Origin: Geosiphon pyriformis uo1
Lineage: Eukaryota > Fungi > Glomeromycota
Assembly (NCBI GenBank): GCA_016748015.1
Contig: JAAOMT010000553.1
Location: 62,001 to 126,000, forward strand
DNA length: 64,000 nt
Direction: 5' to 3'
This document shows, in pieces, positions 52,701 to 64,000 of the stretch; position 1 is the stretch's first letter, and each line of letters opens with the position of its first letter. The notes beneath the pieces are model-generated. The model made no database searches. It saw only the letters and a program-made list of their open reading frames with translations, and was not told the DNA's origin. The position numbers and the translations under genes are program-made.

Positions 52701-55700
52701 CAAATAAGTGATAACTGCTTCAATATCATTTTGTTTAATTGTGGTGAAACTAGTTAATAAGCAATTGATGATATTATTATTGCTGAAATATTGTAGAAAT
52801 GTTGTTACTAGAGGTTTTTGGTCTCTTTTCTGGAATATTATTAATGTCTGTTTGTTGTGAATTCACGTTTCTAGAAGTAATTGAACCTCCAATAACTGAA
52901 TTTATTTTCAAATTATCTCCTATAATTTGAACTGCTAGGCTTATAAGTGGAATGGTCAATTCCATACCAATTACTTTGTGTAATTACATTGTAGTAAATG
53001 TCAACTCTTTCCCAAAAATTGCTCATCTGGAAGCTCATTAAAAATATGTAGTTACTTTGCTGTAAAAGTCAACTCTTCTACAAGAATCTTGTTTATAGGC
53101 TACTTTAATAATTATAATAAGAAAAAAAAGAAAAATAAAAGAAATGTAAAAGAAATAGAATTGTATTAAGAAAAAACGTTTTCTATTCAGACCTGAAGTC
53201 ATTAACAAATTACTGAAATTAGTAGCTAATCAATTCCAAAATATTAGTTGTGTTGAGAGAATTTCAAGTGTAATAATTTTAAAGGATTTGGTTTTCGAAT
53301 ATTTAATTTTTATTTGAGATGTGTAAAAGATGATTTGTTCTAATTAAGATATTCAAAGTAAAATACTATGGTAAAATACTATAAGAAAATACATTTTCTT
53401 AAAAAGAAAAGCTTTTTTTTTATACAACATGTTGTAGTACTAGTCTTTAAACTTGCACTTTTCTTTTTGCTCTAATTTTAGTAAACTAAAAATACATTTT
53501 GGTGAACTACAAGTTATTTATACAAACTATTGATTATTTTGGCCAATTTTTCATCAATTTTGGCGAATTTTGACTATTTTAAATGGTTCAGGGTATTGTG
53601 TAATTTGATCATCTTAATTTCTATGGTACAAATCGAATTATTAATTGAGTAATAATATTTGATAATTTGATTAAATAATAAATAATAATTGAAATGATAA
53701 TAGTATATGCTAATTAATAATAAGAATTATGAAAATAATTTCATGCTAATTAATAGCTAAAATTCTACTGATAACAATGTGGTTTTAAATATGTCTAAAT
53801 CTTAAGATTTGTTTACAAGATTTTAATACCACAAGTTAATGGTGTTTTGAAGAAAGTATAAGATAGTTTAAAGTACTCTGGTATTATTTTATTCATTAAC
53901 TGTGATGGCTTTTTCCATATTGTTTAGTCATACTTAAGTATTGTTCTCTTTATTGGTAAATTTTTCTAATTTGGCAATAAGTGTATATGTTATTGATACA
54001 ATTAATAATTGTTGTTAGAGTTGTTGCTAAGTGGCAATTAATGCTATTAGTAATTGATTAATTAGAACAACAAAAGGTAAGTTTTATTGAATAATAAGAA
54101 TGAAGTTTGAATTGTTCAAGTTTTATTAGATTTGAACAATTAGAATTTGTATTTTCAGGTTATCTAAAATCAAATTTTGATTATTATTTCTTTAATTGTT
54201 ATTTTTCTTTTCTTCTGAATTGATGTTTTTTCAATAACTGGTAGATTCGAAATTTAGTTAAAGTAACAGTAATCAAAGTCTTGATAGTGTTATTGGTCAC
54301 AATTTAAATTTTTTAAAGAAATTGCTATAGATTCCTAATAGTTTGGCTTTCTTTTAATTATTTTAGAATAGAACTCTGGATAATAGTGTTTTTGCAGTTG
54401 ATAATAATATGGATTCAGATAGTATGTGAATAGTATTTTTTAATATATAATGATATAATAAGTGAATGGATAAAATAACTCTTGGTTTCTTTCAAGTAGG
54501 CAGTTGTATTTTTCTTGATATCTCTACTAGAGTTTATAATTTTTTTTTGTCTACAAAAATAATAAAAAATTTCTGTTGGGGTAATTCTTAATTTTTTAAT
54601 TTATCTCTGTGATTAATAAAGCAAACAAATAGTTTTGTAAAAACATAATGCTTTAAAGTAATTTACTATAGAAATTTTTAAGAGCAGTTTTTAGATCTCT
54701 TTGATTTTTCAAGCAGAATTTAATTTTTTTGTTGATATAAAAATTGAAAGCTGATTTTGCTAACCAATAATTACTTGTTAGTTCAAGATGAGTTTAGTAA
54801 TGTTAAAATAAAAATTTTGTAAATTTTAAATGATTTTTTCTTATAATTTTTTGATTTGTTACTTTTACAGATAGTTGATATTAATGCTAGTTTTTTGTTG
54901 AATTATATTTCACAAGAAGCACCAAATATTACAAGTAATTATTTGGAGTGTTGAAACAAATAACAAACCCATAACTTGGTGCTTAATAGCTAGAAATATT
55001 GGTAATTCTAAAGATTTTGAAGTTTAAAGATTTTGGTTAAGTCTTTTATATAATAAACAGAGATTTAATTGATGATTTCTTCTGTAAATTTTTTTCTTCA
55101 ATGTGGTGACTAGTTTATTCTGACAGTTGTGCTTTTTTGTTAAGCTATTTTTAAATTTTTATTCTTGTTCCTAAGTCTTTTATCAGACTATTCTTAATGT
55201 CAAATATTTAATGCTTAATTTTTTTAATTAATTAATAAACAACAAAGAAATAAAACAAAAGAAAAGAAAATAAAATAAAATAAGAAAATAAGAAATTAGT
55301 ATTTTATTAATAGTCATAATCAAAAACTATTGGTTCAGTATGATTAAGTATTAAATTTTATTAACATTTCATGTTAATAGTGTGGAATAGATTAATATTT
55401 TTTTAATCAAGTAATAATAACATAAATTTGGATAATAATAGATGTTTTATTACTATAAGTATAATTCCATTTTAAGTTATAGAAAACTATCTTTTAAAAA
55501 GAAGAATATTGTTGTTTTAAATTAATCTGAACTCTATTGAATACTTTTTCTGTTTTAATACTCTTATTATATATTTATATTTATGTTATATGAGATTTCT
55601 TGAAATCTTTCAATTTTTTTAAAAAGAATTCTGAGATTTTGGAATTTTGAAATCTTGCAATTCTTTAAAAGGAATCTTAAAATTCTGAAATTCTGAAATT

Positions 55701-55803
55701 CTGCAATTTTTCAAGAGGAATTTTAGAATTTCTTTTTTTATTATATTTATTTCTAATTGGCTATTTTATTTATTATTATAATTCCTAATTTTTATGAGTA
55801 ATA
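49709..55803 (-). mobile_element. Internally deleted family B element (copy 4): LTR-PBS-gag-PR-partial dUTPase-PPT-LTR, lacking RT/RH/IN
   Basis: LTRs at 49709-50486 and 54927-55803; PBS near 54911-54924; TSD CTAG/TTAG. The dUTPase N-terminus is joined to the PPT region near 50540. Confidence 0.88.
52803..53776 (-). repeat. Solo LTR of family A (974 bp) in gag of family B copy 4
   Basis: Homologue of the family A LTR. Perfect TSD ATGT/ATGT. Confidence 0.94.
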
Positions 55804-58800
55804 TTAGATAAAGTAAAGTCTAAGGTAAATAATATTATAGTAGAATAAACAAGAAAGCAGAAAATCTCTTTGGCTAATTTGTGGGCTTATTAATATGTTC
55901 TTTTGGGACATGTAAGAGATAATGCTTTTTCTGGCATAATAAACAACATTAGTTTAAGAAAATTGATTTTGATAGTTAATGAGTTATTTGATAAAAAAGC
56001 CACTGGTCTTTTCAGTATATTGAATAAGCTGTAAAAATACTATGATAATAAAATAATAAGATGCTTTTTGAATCTACTGAATTTTTGTCTTAGGCTTGGT
56101 AATATTTCAGAGACTTGGTAATATTCCAAATCCTTAAAAGAAGACATAGATTTCAATAATTTTCAAGTTTTATAAATAAGATAATATTTTGACTAACACA
56201 AAGTCTATGATATTAATTAAAACTACAAGAAAGATTTTGTTTAAGATTCTATTGAATTGAATCTTGTTTGTTTGTAGCAAGCTTAACATTTTGCATGGTA
56301 ATAATTTTTCAGTTTTGAAGAGTATTTTAATTCAGTCTTCTATGTTTGTTATTGATTTAATAATAGAAAATACTCTAAAAAAAAGTCAAAAAATCTGGTT
56401 GGTTTTACAAAATATGCACAAAGTCTATGATTCAGTTGGGTAATATCATTTGAGATCTAGTTTGAAACATATCAAAATATGTGACAGATTTATCAAGTTT
56501 TTTGGAAATATTCATAAAAACAAAGTTAATAAAGTAATGACTAATTTTGACCTTTTAAATAACCATATAATTTATGATAAACTAAATTAGGATGAAGTTT
56601 TTTTACCACTTCTTTGGAAAATTTTTTATGATTTTTTGTTGTGTAAAATTAAAAAATATGAATATTTGTGTAAATATAGTATTAACTTTAATTTTGTGAC
56701 AAAAACAGACAGAGTGAAGATTAATAAAAGTATTTCCTTATTTTTTGCAGCTGGTGTTTTTGTTAATGACACAATATGAATAAAAAATGGTCAGATATTG
56801 ACACAATATATTTTAAATATTACAAGTAAATTCTTCTGAATTAATAATATTTCTATCAATAATGACAAAACAGTGACTATTCTCATTAATCAGAGAGTAA
56901 CAAAAACTTTTTTGTGTATTAGTAATTAACTAATTTTTATAGTCAAATTTGGTGAATTTTATAAATATCTAGGTATTTTTTTATCAACAGAAGACTTATT
57001 CAAGCCAAGTTTTACTAAAACATACTCAAATGTCAAGTTTTTTTTAAATATGGTTCTTAAAAAAGTATTGTCAAATAAGCAGTTTTTTTATTTAGTTTTA
57101 GCAGTTTTGCAGTCTATAATTAGTTACTAAACACAATTCAGTTTTGTATCTAAGAGCATATGTCATAAATAGAATATTATAATAAGAAAAAAACTTAGAT
57201 TTAAAGCCAATTTGTCAAAAAATTTTCTTAATAAAGCTTTATACTACTTGTTTCTATATAGTTTAAAATCTTTTAAGCAAGTGCAAGTAAAAGTTCAGAT
57301 AGCTTTAGTGGTTAGATTCTTTAATACTGCTGGAATTTTTGGCCAATTGTTTAAGCATTATGTTTTGGATTTGCAAGTTTTGGGGTGAACATCTTTGAAT
57401 TTTTTACAATACTTAGTCAAGTTAAAAATCAATCTAATAAACAATTTTTTAGTAAAAGTTATCAGAATTTTTTTGGACACTAAAATCTCTTTGGCCAATA
57501 ATCTGCTTAATGTATTTCATAAGTCTGGCCATTTTTTAATGTTCAAAATATTGGAAAATGCCTATTATTTTGATGTGATGCATTTTTTAAAATATTTTAG
57601 TTTTGTCTTTAAAGACTGTTTAATAAACAAGCATGATTTGGTTATAAATTGAAAAACTTTTCAATATTAAAAAGATTAAGCCTAAGAGATTTGATGCTAT
57701 TATGGTTTAAAAAAATATTAGTATATATAAGCAATCTTCTTGTTAAGTTTAATGAGACTGCTGTTAATTTAGTTTGTTCAAATTTTTTTAACTTAACTAA
57801 ATTCTTAGATGTTTGTAAATATTTGTATAAATTGTGGTCTGGATTAATTAACATTTATATTAATGGTTTATTGAGAGATCTAAATACAACAAAAATAGCT
57901 AGTGGAATAACAGCTTATTTTTCTAATATTAAAATGGGTATAGATATAAAGATGCATGGAATTTTATCTTCAACATTGTTAGAACTACAGACAATTATCT
58001 TGATCTTAAAGTATGCTCTCTTATCTTATTTGGTAGTTTTGTATATAAATAACTAAGTAACTATAAATATGTGTATATTAGAACTTAAGCTTTGTCAATC
58101 TGATTTTCAAAACAAATATTAAATAAAAAAATATTATATAATTAATTTGATTAGATTAAAGAACATTTCTGTAAAGTGAATAAAAATAAAAAACTATTTT
58201 AAAGATTTAAGCAATAATTGAGCAGATGTTTTTGCTTGTGCTGCTGTATAGTCATGTTTGACTCTTTTTATTAAAATTCATAAGAAGATTTTAATAACAA
58301 ATAGTCAAGTAGTTTTAGAAAATACTTGTTATTTTGTTTGTAATATTTATTAAATTGTTTGTTGTGTTCAATGAAAAGTGAGTCCTAATGTGGAGGTTTT
58401 AAATGATTTGCTTGTCCAGTGTATTGATTAAAAATGTATTGTTTTAGTTTGGCATCTAGACTCTCACATGTTGGCTGAATTTACAAGTAAAAAGTCAATT
58501 GCTTTGTACACATATTTGATAAAAGCTGTTCACAAGAGATTACTGGTTGCTGTTTGTAAAAAACTTTATAATAAAAATTACCTAAACATTTTGTGCTTAA
58601 TGTATGATAATATCAAGTTGTCTAATTATGCTTTTACTTGTTTTAAAAATGTTTTTATGTACTCTAATATTCTTTTTGGTTATATTAAACTGTGGAAATC
58701 TTTAGTAGAAGATTGGTTTGTATAATTATCTTTGATATTGAACACTCTTTTTTCAGAAGCTTCAGATGTTAATATTTATGCAGTCTTGTATAAAAGTTTT

Positions 58801-59399
58801 GTTTTTAAGAAATAAATAGATAAGATGGTATTAATTTTTGTTAATAGAAAAAGAATAGAGTCTGTAATAGTTAATTTTATTTATTATTTAACTAATAAAC
58901 ATTATAGTAAGTTGTGATTATTAAGATCCAAGTTTAAGACAGACATAAAAAAGAATGATTTGGTCTATAATATTAGAATAATATTTGATTTGTTATATAA
59001 TTGTCTAGTTTTTTGTCTAAAGAGATGGTCTATTTATTTGGTATTTTTGAATCTTTTACTGTTAATTTTGGTTTGCATAGGTTATGTTGTTTTTTTTTTT
59101 ATATGAATAATAGTGTAAAAGTTTTTGTAAGTGTATAGTGTTGTTTTAATTAGTCTAAGTGGCTGGTTATATATAGGAAGTATATAAGTTATATTTAGTT
59201 TAATTTATCCATTTGTTTCTGTATATTAAGTAGTAATTAGATTGTATTTATTAAATAAATAAATAAATTTTTTAATTATAGTTATTAATAAGATATTAAT
59301 TTCTATTTTATTTTTATTTTTATTTTTTTTGTTTTATTTTGTTTTATATTAATTAATTAATTAATTAAAAAAAAGTACTAAAATTATGATATCAATAAT

Positions 59400-61560
59400 T
59401 ATTTGATAAAAAATATTAAAAAAATATAATATATAAGTATAAAAACTAAAATTGCTTATTAAAAGAGTGAAAACCACCAGAATAAATTGGCTATTATACT
59501 AAAAAAGTTAAATATTAAGTATTATTTGTTATTATCTTAAATTATACAAAAAATTTCAATTTAAAATCTTTAAAAAATTTTTAAATTAACAAATTAATAA
59601 ACTCAAATATTAAGTTACAAAAAACTTCAATAATTTTAATATTTAATGCTTTTTATAAAATATAATTTACAAAGAAGAGAAATACTATTAACTTAATTAG
59701 CAAAAGTAACAAAACTAAAAACTATAAAAATCAATTATTTAAAATTTACAAGTTTTATTTTAATATTACCAGAAACATTTAAAATTAACCAATAATAGTT
59801 TATTAACAGAATTAACTTTTAATTTTTATGTTAATAAAAACTCTAAATATAGATTTTTATTTTAGAATAATTTTAGAATTTAAAGCTTACTTAGAAAATA
59901 TAAAAAATATTTTAAAAGATTTTAGTCTTAATTATTAATGTTTTTACTATTATAATTATTGTTATTAAGACTTAATTTCAGCTTTTTTAATAATTAAACA
60001 AATACTAAGTCTGAAAAAAAAACCAAAATCAAAAAATACTTAAAAAAAACCTGAGTTTAAATCTTGTTGCACTATAAACTCTGGCCATTTAAAATTCAAA
60101 ATTAATTCAAAATTTAATAAATCCAATTCTGTTAATAAATCTATTAATATTATTAATTATTATAGTTTTATTAATTTTATTATTAATACTTATACTTTTT
60201 TTAGCAATAGCATTAATAATATATACTTTAATTACTAAATTAAAAAAATTTACCAATAAAAAAACAATATTTAAGTTTAATTTAATAATATAAAAAAAAC
60301 TATTGTTGTTAATAATTAAAATAACACTAAAGTTTTATAAATAATTTTGTATTTTCTATAAAATATTACAAATTTATAATATTAAAGTTTTATTGTAAAA
60401 TCTAATATGTTTAATGTTTTTAAAACTGTATTTTTTTAATATTTTAACAATCAAAACAATTTTATCTAATTGTAAAAACATTTTAACACAATTAAATAAA
60501 AAAATAATAAAACAATTGTTATTTATTTGAAATGTTTTTATTATTATTTGCATTAAATTTAAGTAATTAATCTTAACTATTATATTATATTGCAAATTCT
60601 AAATCAATTTATTAAAAAATAATACAATAATATTTTTTAATAAATATATCTAATATATTTAAACAATTTTCAAATAGCAATTATATTAGTAAGAAATTTT
60701 AAATTGGCCAAACTCAAGACTAATTATATTTAAGTTATTAATCTAAAATAAATAAATTATTTGGACTGAATATTAAATTAAAACAATTCAATAATACAAT
60801 TAATCAAAAATTAAAAAGATATTTAATTAATAATTAAGCTATATATTAATTTTTTTAATATTATAAAAATAAATAAAACAATAATTATTTCCAAAATCAA
60901 TTATAATTATTATTTTCTAATTAGTTATAACAACAAAAAACCCAAATCTGCAATTATTGTTACAAACAAAACCATATTAAAATTAATTGCTATTTATAGT
61001 TAAATAATTAAAAATTGAAAAATTAATATCAAAAATTTAAATATAAGTTTTAAACTCCAAATTATAGATTTGAAGTTTTGTAAGAATAATATCAATTATT
61101 ACAATATTATATACAAATATTTTAACAACAATTCCAATTACAACTAGTTTACTTACTATATTTTTAATTACAGTTATAAATTACTTATTAATTATTATTC
61201 TGAAAATCAGTATTATAATTACAATTCTTAATTCAAACCCAAAATCTGAGATTTTAAACTATTCAACAGAACTGGTAATTGGCAATGATTATCAACTGAT
61301 TTCCAATGTTAACTTACAAACAGAAAACCATGCCAAAAATTCAGGAAATATACAGTTACAATTTTTGAATTTTTAGAACTATATAAGTTTTCTTATTATA
61401 ACTAAAAGCCAGCCATCCAACAACAATTACAGTAATAACATTATTTTATCTGCAACCATCACTGAAAACAGCACTCTTACTGCTATCTTCCCATTTAAAC
61501 TAAAAAAAAAACAAAATGTCTCTTTAATGGAACCACTTTAAACTCTAACAAACCACTGTT
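59400..61560 (+). mobile_element. Extremely AT-eroded Gypsy gag/pre-protease relic
   Basis: 61440-61510 translates ILSATITENSTLTAIFPFKLK, matching the family B pre-protease motif ILPATITENESL..IFPFEL. The upstream extent is uncertain. Confidence 0.55.
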
Positions 61561-61645
61561 ATCTATTTTTATAATATTTTGTTGAATGTTTCAGAGATTA
61601 CAATTCAATTTGTGTACATTAGAAAATTTAATAAATGATATTTTT

Positions 61646-62284
61646 TTATTTTTGTTGTTTTGTTAGAGTTCGTGTACAAACAAGATTTTTCTCAAAGTTA
61701 TACTGATTTTCACATATAGGTCGCCTTCTTTTCCTCGCATGTTTCTGTTCAATTTCGCAACTTTCATACACAGCAAAACTCAAAAACTCAGCACCATCCA
61801 ACTTGCTATATGTTTTGATGAGCTGGTTTAACTCATCTCGTAACATAACCATAAGCTTTAGCTTGTCAAGCCATTGTTTACTTTTACAAGCTTCTGGCTT
61901 TCCATTCTTGATTCCACCAGATACCTCACCATGCACAATTTGCAATACATAATTAGAGTTTTCCAAGGTAATTTTGAAATCAACCTTGTGCCCAATTTTT
62001 GCTTTTTTCTCAGGACTTGTATCACTGTTTTTAGCGTCAGAACTCGAAACAAAAATTATTTTAGTTCTTAAATTATTAACCGTTTTTCAAATATAAAATC
62101 ACCTATACTTACCCATTCCAGTAGCAATGCGTCATCACCACTATCATTGAGAATTGTATTGATTAAAGGATAGTACAGTGCAATCGGGGCCGGATCGCGA
62201 CCGTTGCGCTCTCGAAGAGTCGAGTTGTTTGGGATTGCAGCTCTAAATGGGTGGTAAATTCCATCTAAGGCTAAATATGGGCGA

Positions 62285-62318
<34 letters not shown>

Positions 62319-62506
62319 ATGAAAAGCACTTTGAAAAGAGAGTTAAACAGTAGGTGAAATTGTTGAAAGGGAAACGATTGAAGCCAGTCGTGCCGGCGTG
62401 AAATCAGCCTCGTGATCTGAAATCGGTTCGTCCGGTGTCAGAAAATTGGGTGCATGGACTGCATGATTTTCAGACATATCGTTTTTGAGAGGATAGCTCG
62501 TTCATC
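61646..62506 (-). pseudogene. Fragment of a spliced gene with a PD-(D/E)XK/restriction-endonuclease-like motif pattern; disrupted by an rDNA insertion and loss of a splice acceptor
   Basis: Reconstructed from both arms: YPLKNDMSENHAVHA|LYYPLINTILNDSGDDALLLEW / GEVVSCSSSDAKN..GHKVDFKITL..GEVSGG..DKLKLMVMLRDELN. GTAAGT donor at 62113. The fold assignment is pattern recognition only. Confidence 0.5.
62183..62454 (+). rRNA. Isolated ~270-bp fragment of the 28S/25S LSU rRNA gene (D1-D2 region); not a functional rDNA unit
   Basis: Contains the conserved LSU stretch TCGAAGAGTCGAGTTGTTTGGGA..GGTGGTAAATTCCATCTAAGGCTAAATA..GAGACCGATAGCGAACAAGTACCGTGAGGGAAAGATGAAAAG..GTGAAATTGTTGAAAGGGAAACG. Confidence 0.95.
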
Positions 62507-63044
62507 TGTGTATATAGGGTAAATTAATAAAAACGGTTAATAATTTAAGAGCTAAAATAATTTTTGTTTCAAAGGGTGAAGTCGTTTCTTGTTCGAGTTC
62601 TGACGCTAAAAACAGTGATACAAGTCCTGAGAAAAAAGCAAAAATTGGGCACAAGGTTGATTTCAAAATTACCTTGGAAAACTCTAATTATGTATTGCAA
62701 ATTGTGCATGGTGAGGTATCTGGTGGAATCAAGAATGGAAAGCCAGAAGCTTGTAAAAGTAAACAATGGCTTGACAAGCTAAAGCTTATGGTTATGTTAC
62801 GAGATGAGTTAAACCAGCTCATCAAAACATATAGCAAGTTAGATGGTGCTGAGTTTTTGAGTTTTGCTGTGTATGAAAGTTGCGAAATTGAACAGAAACA
62901 TGCGAGGAAAAGAAGACGACCTATATGGAAAATCAACATAACTTTGAGAAAGATCTCGTTTGTACACGAACAAAACAAATAAAAAAAATATCATTCATTA
63001 AATTTTCTAATGTGCATAAATTGAATCAATTATAATTACCTAAT

Positions 63045-63050
63045 ACGCGT
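63045..63050. promoter_or_regulatory. MCB box ACGCGT immediately upstream of the Sos7-like ATG
   Basis: Exact motif ending 8 nt before the ATG at 63058. Confidence 0.35.
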
Positions 63051-63057
63051 CACCCAA

Positions 63058-64000
63058 ATGGAAAAACAAACTGAGACCACAAACCATTTTTCGGTTGAAA
63101 TTCCGTTAGATTTTCAAGAAATTCAATAGTAAGCCTTTTCACTTCTTTCACTGCTGTTAACTTTTACAAGGACATGAATTGTGAATATTTCAACTTTGAT
63201 CTTTAAAAGACGAATTTTATAGTACTATAGACTCTTTCCGTAACACCAAACCTTATTCCTTCAAACTTCGCGATGATTTTTATCAACAGCTTGTTGCTGA
63301 AAGGGTGGAAGCAGGTGGTGATGGTAGTTCTCTTGCTCTTCAAACCTTGCAAGACCCAAGAAAATATTTCTCAGATTTTAAAAATTCCAAGGTTTCACAT
63401 TCCAAGAATCTCAGTCCTCACAACGCTGCGCTATCCAGTGAAAATATTTTTTGATATTTTTTTGATCAATGTCTAGGAACGATGTTCAAAGTTACGCTTC
63501 AATCATATTGAATTGGAGACGCGTGACCGTTTTGTCAAAGTAATTCTTGATGGGCAGCCACAAAAAGTAGATTATGGTGGTGACCAGATCATGGACCTAC
63601 AATTGAAGTCACAGACGGTGATGGTGGAGCAAAAGGATATAGTCGAATTGGGTGATTATATATTTACACAACGCAAATAATGTTCTTCCCAAATTGATGA
63701 CAAGCTCAAACTTTTAATTTTAGAACAGTACGATGCTTTAAAGAAAAAGAATTGGAAAGAAATGAAAATCCATTTTCAAAATATTGAAAATGAGATTGAA
63801 GCCGTGGCAAACGCGTTTTCAAATGGTATTCTTACGTTAATTTGTTAGAGCCTGACTTTAATAAAGGGCCCACCCTAGAGCACTATCATTAATATTTAGT
63901 ATACCCCTTTTCGGATTTATCCATGGGTACTTATCTATTTTCAAAAAGGAAATGATAAAGTACCTCAAGTATTCGTGGCAGTGCTCTATGTTAATTAATT
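63058..64000 (+). CDS. Probable kinetochore protein Sos7/Kre28-like (Spc7/KNL1 partner), 5' part; exons 63058-63128, 63223-63391, 63477-63651, 63724-63825, continuing beyond the window
   Basis: GT-AG introns keep the frame. DFKNSKERCSKLRFNHIELETRDRFVKVILDGQPQKV, followed by a coiled coil, resembles the Sos7 motif DL.HYKELFSKLRFSY.EQ.TKEKFLRAI..DPP as I recall it. Confidence 0.6.

Larger units (their letters stand above)
44738..59240 (+). mobile_element. Near full-length, heavily mutated LINE (ORF1 and ORF2) hosting three LTR insertions
   Basis: ORF1 relic starts ATGTCTAAAAAGAAAGCA and has a zinc-knuckle relic (WCKKCRRFGHFALK). ORF2 starts near 47500 and is collinear with 38340-43066, reading across the insertions (e.g. 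LILEL|DKVKSKV). Confidence 0.87.
61603..63026. repeat. Long inverted repeat: arms 61603-62087 and 62529-63026, with a 441-bp spacer
   Basis: The arms are near-identical reverse complements (the ORF track gives the same peptides on opposite strands). The left arm lacks a 24-bp segment present in the right arm. Confidence 0.95.

Noticed and set aside
52777-52965. Small ORF in the family A LTR U5 (MELTIPLIS...)
   Set aside because: The frame is not consistently open across the five LTR copies, so there is no support for coding.
43100-61600. Many short I/K/N/L/F-rich ORFs suggesting organellar or novel genes
   Set aside because: They are AT-eroded LINE/Gypsy remnants or chance ORFs in very AT-rich DNA.
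62183-62454. Functional rRNA locus
   Set aside because: Only ~270 bp, with no flanking 5.8S/ITS2 or the remainder of the LSU.
61603-63026. Pack-MULE or MITE with long TIRs
   Set aside because: The arms are intron/exon sequence continuous with the spacer's exon, and I found no TSD. It cannot be fully excluded without a copy-number search.

Overview
Eukaryotic, intron-rich fungal DNA. The gene style, the repeat proteins and an LSU rDNA fragment suggest Glomeromycota/Mucoromycota; it resembles Geosiphon-type repeats, but I recall this from memory and have not verified it. Most of the window is nested, decaying retroelements. (i) Two families of dUTPase-bearing Ty3/Gypsy LTR retrotransposons: family A has one full-length copy (5642-15380) and three solo LTRs; family B has four copies and one solo LTR. 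Every insertion with both flanks visible has a 4-bp TSD. (ii) Four copies of an RNase H-containing LINE, ranging from nearly intact to extremely AT-rich, all eroded by a RIP-like C:G>T:A process. A small gene island (34.2-38.0 kb) holds NSE2/MMS21 and, convergently, the most interesting gene: a 648-aa SPX-ACT-ACT-phosphoserine phosphatase fusion, i.e. an inositol-pyrophosphate/phosphate-sensor domain fused to a bacterial-type SerB, with one GC-AG intron. At the right end, a ~1.4-kb palindrome built from a nuclease-like gene fragment carries a captured 28S rDNA piece and abuts the start of a Sos7-like kinetochore gene that runs off the window. There is an assembly gap at 7566-8472. All alignments, exon models and counts were done by eye.
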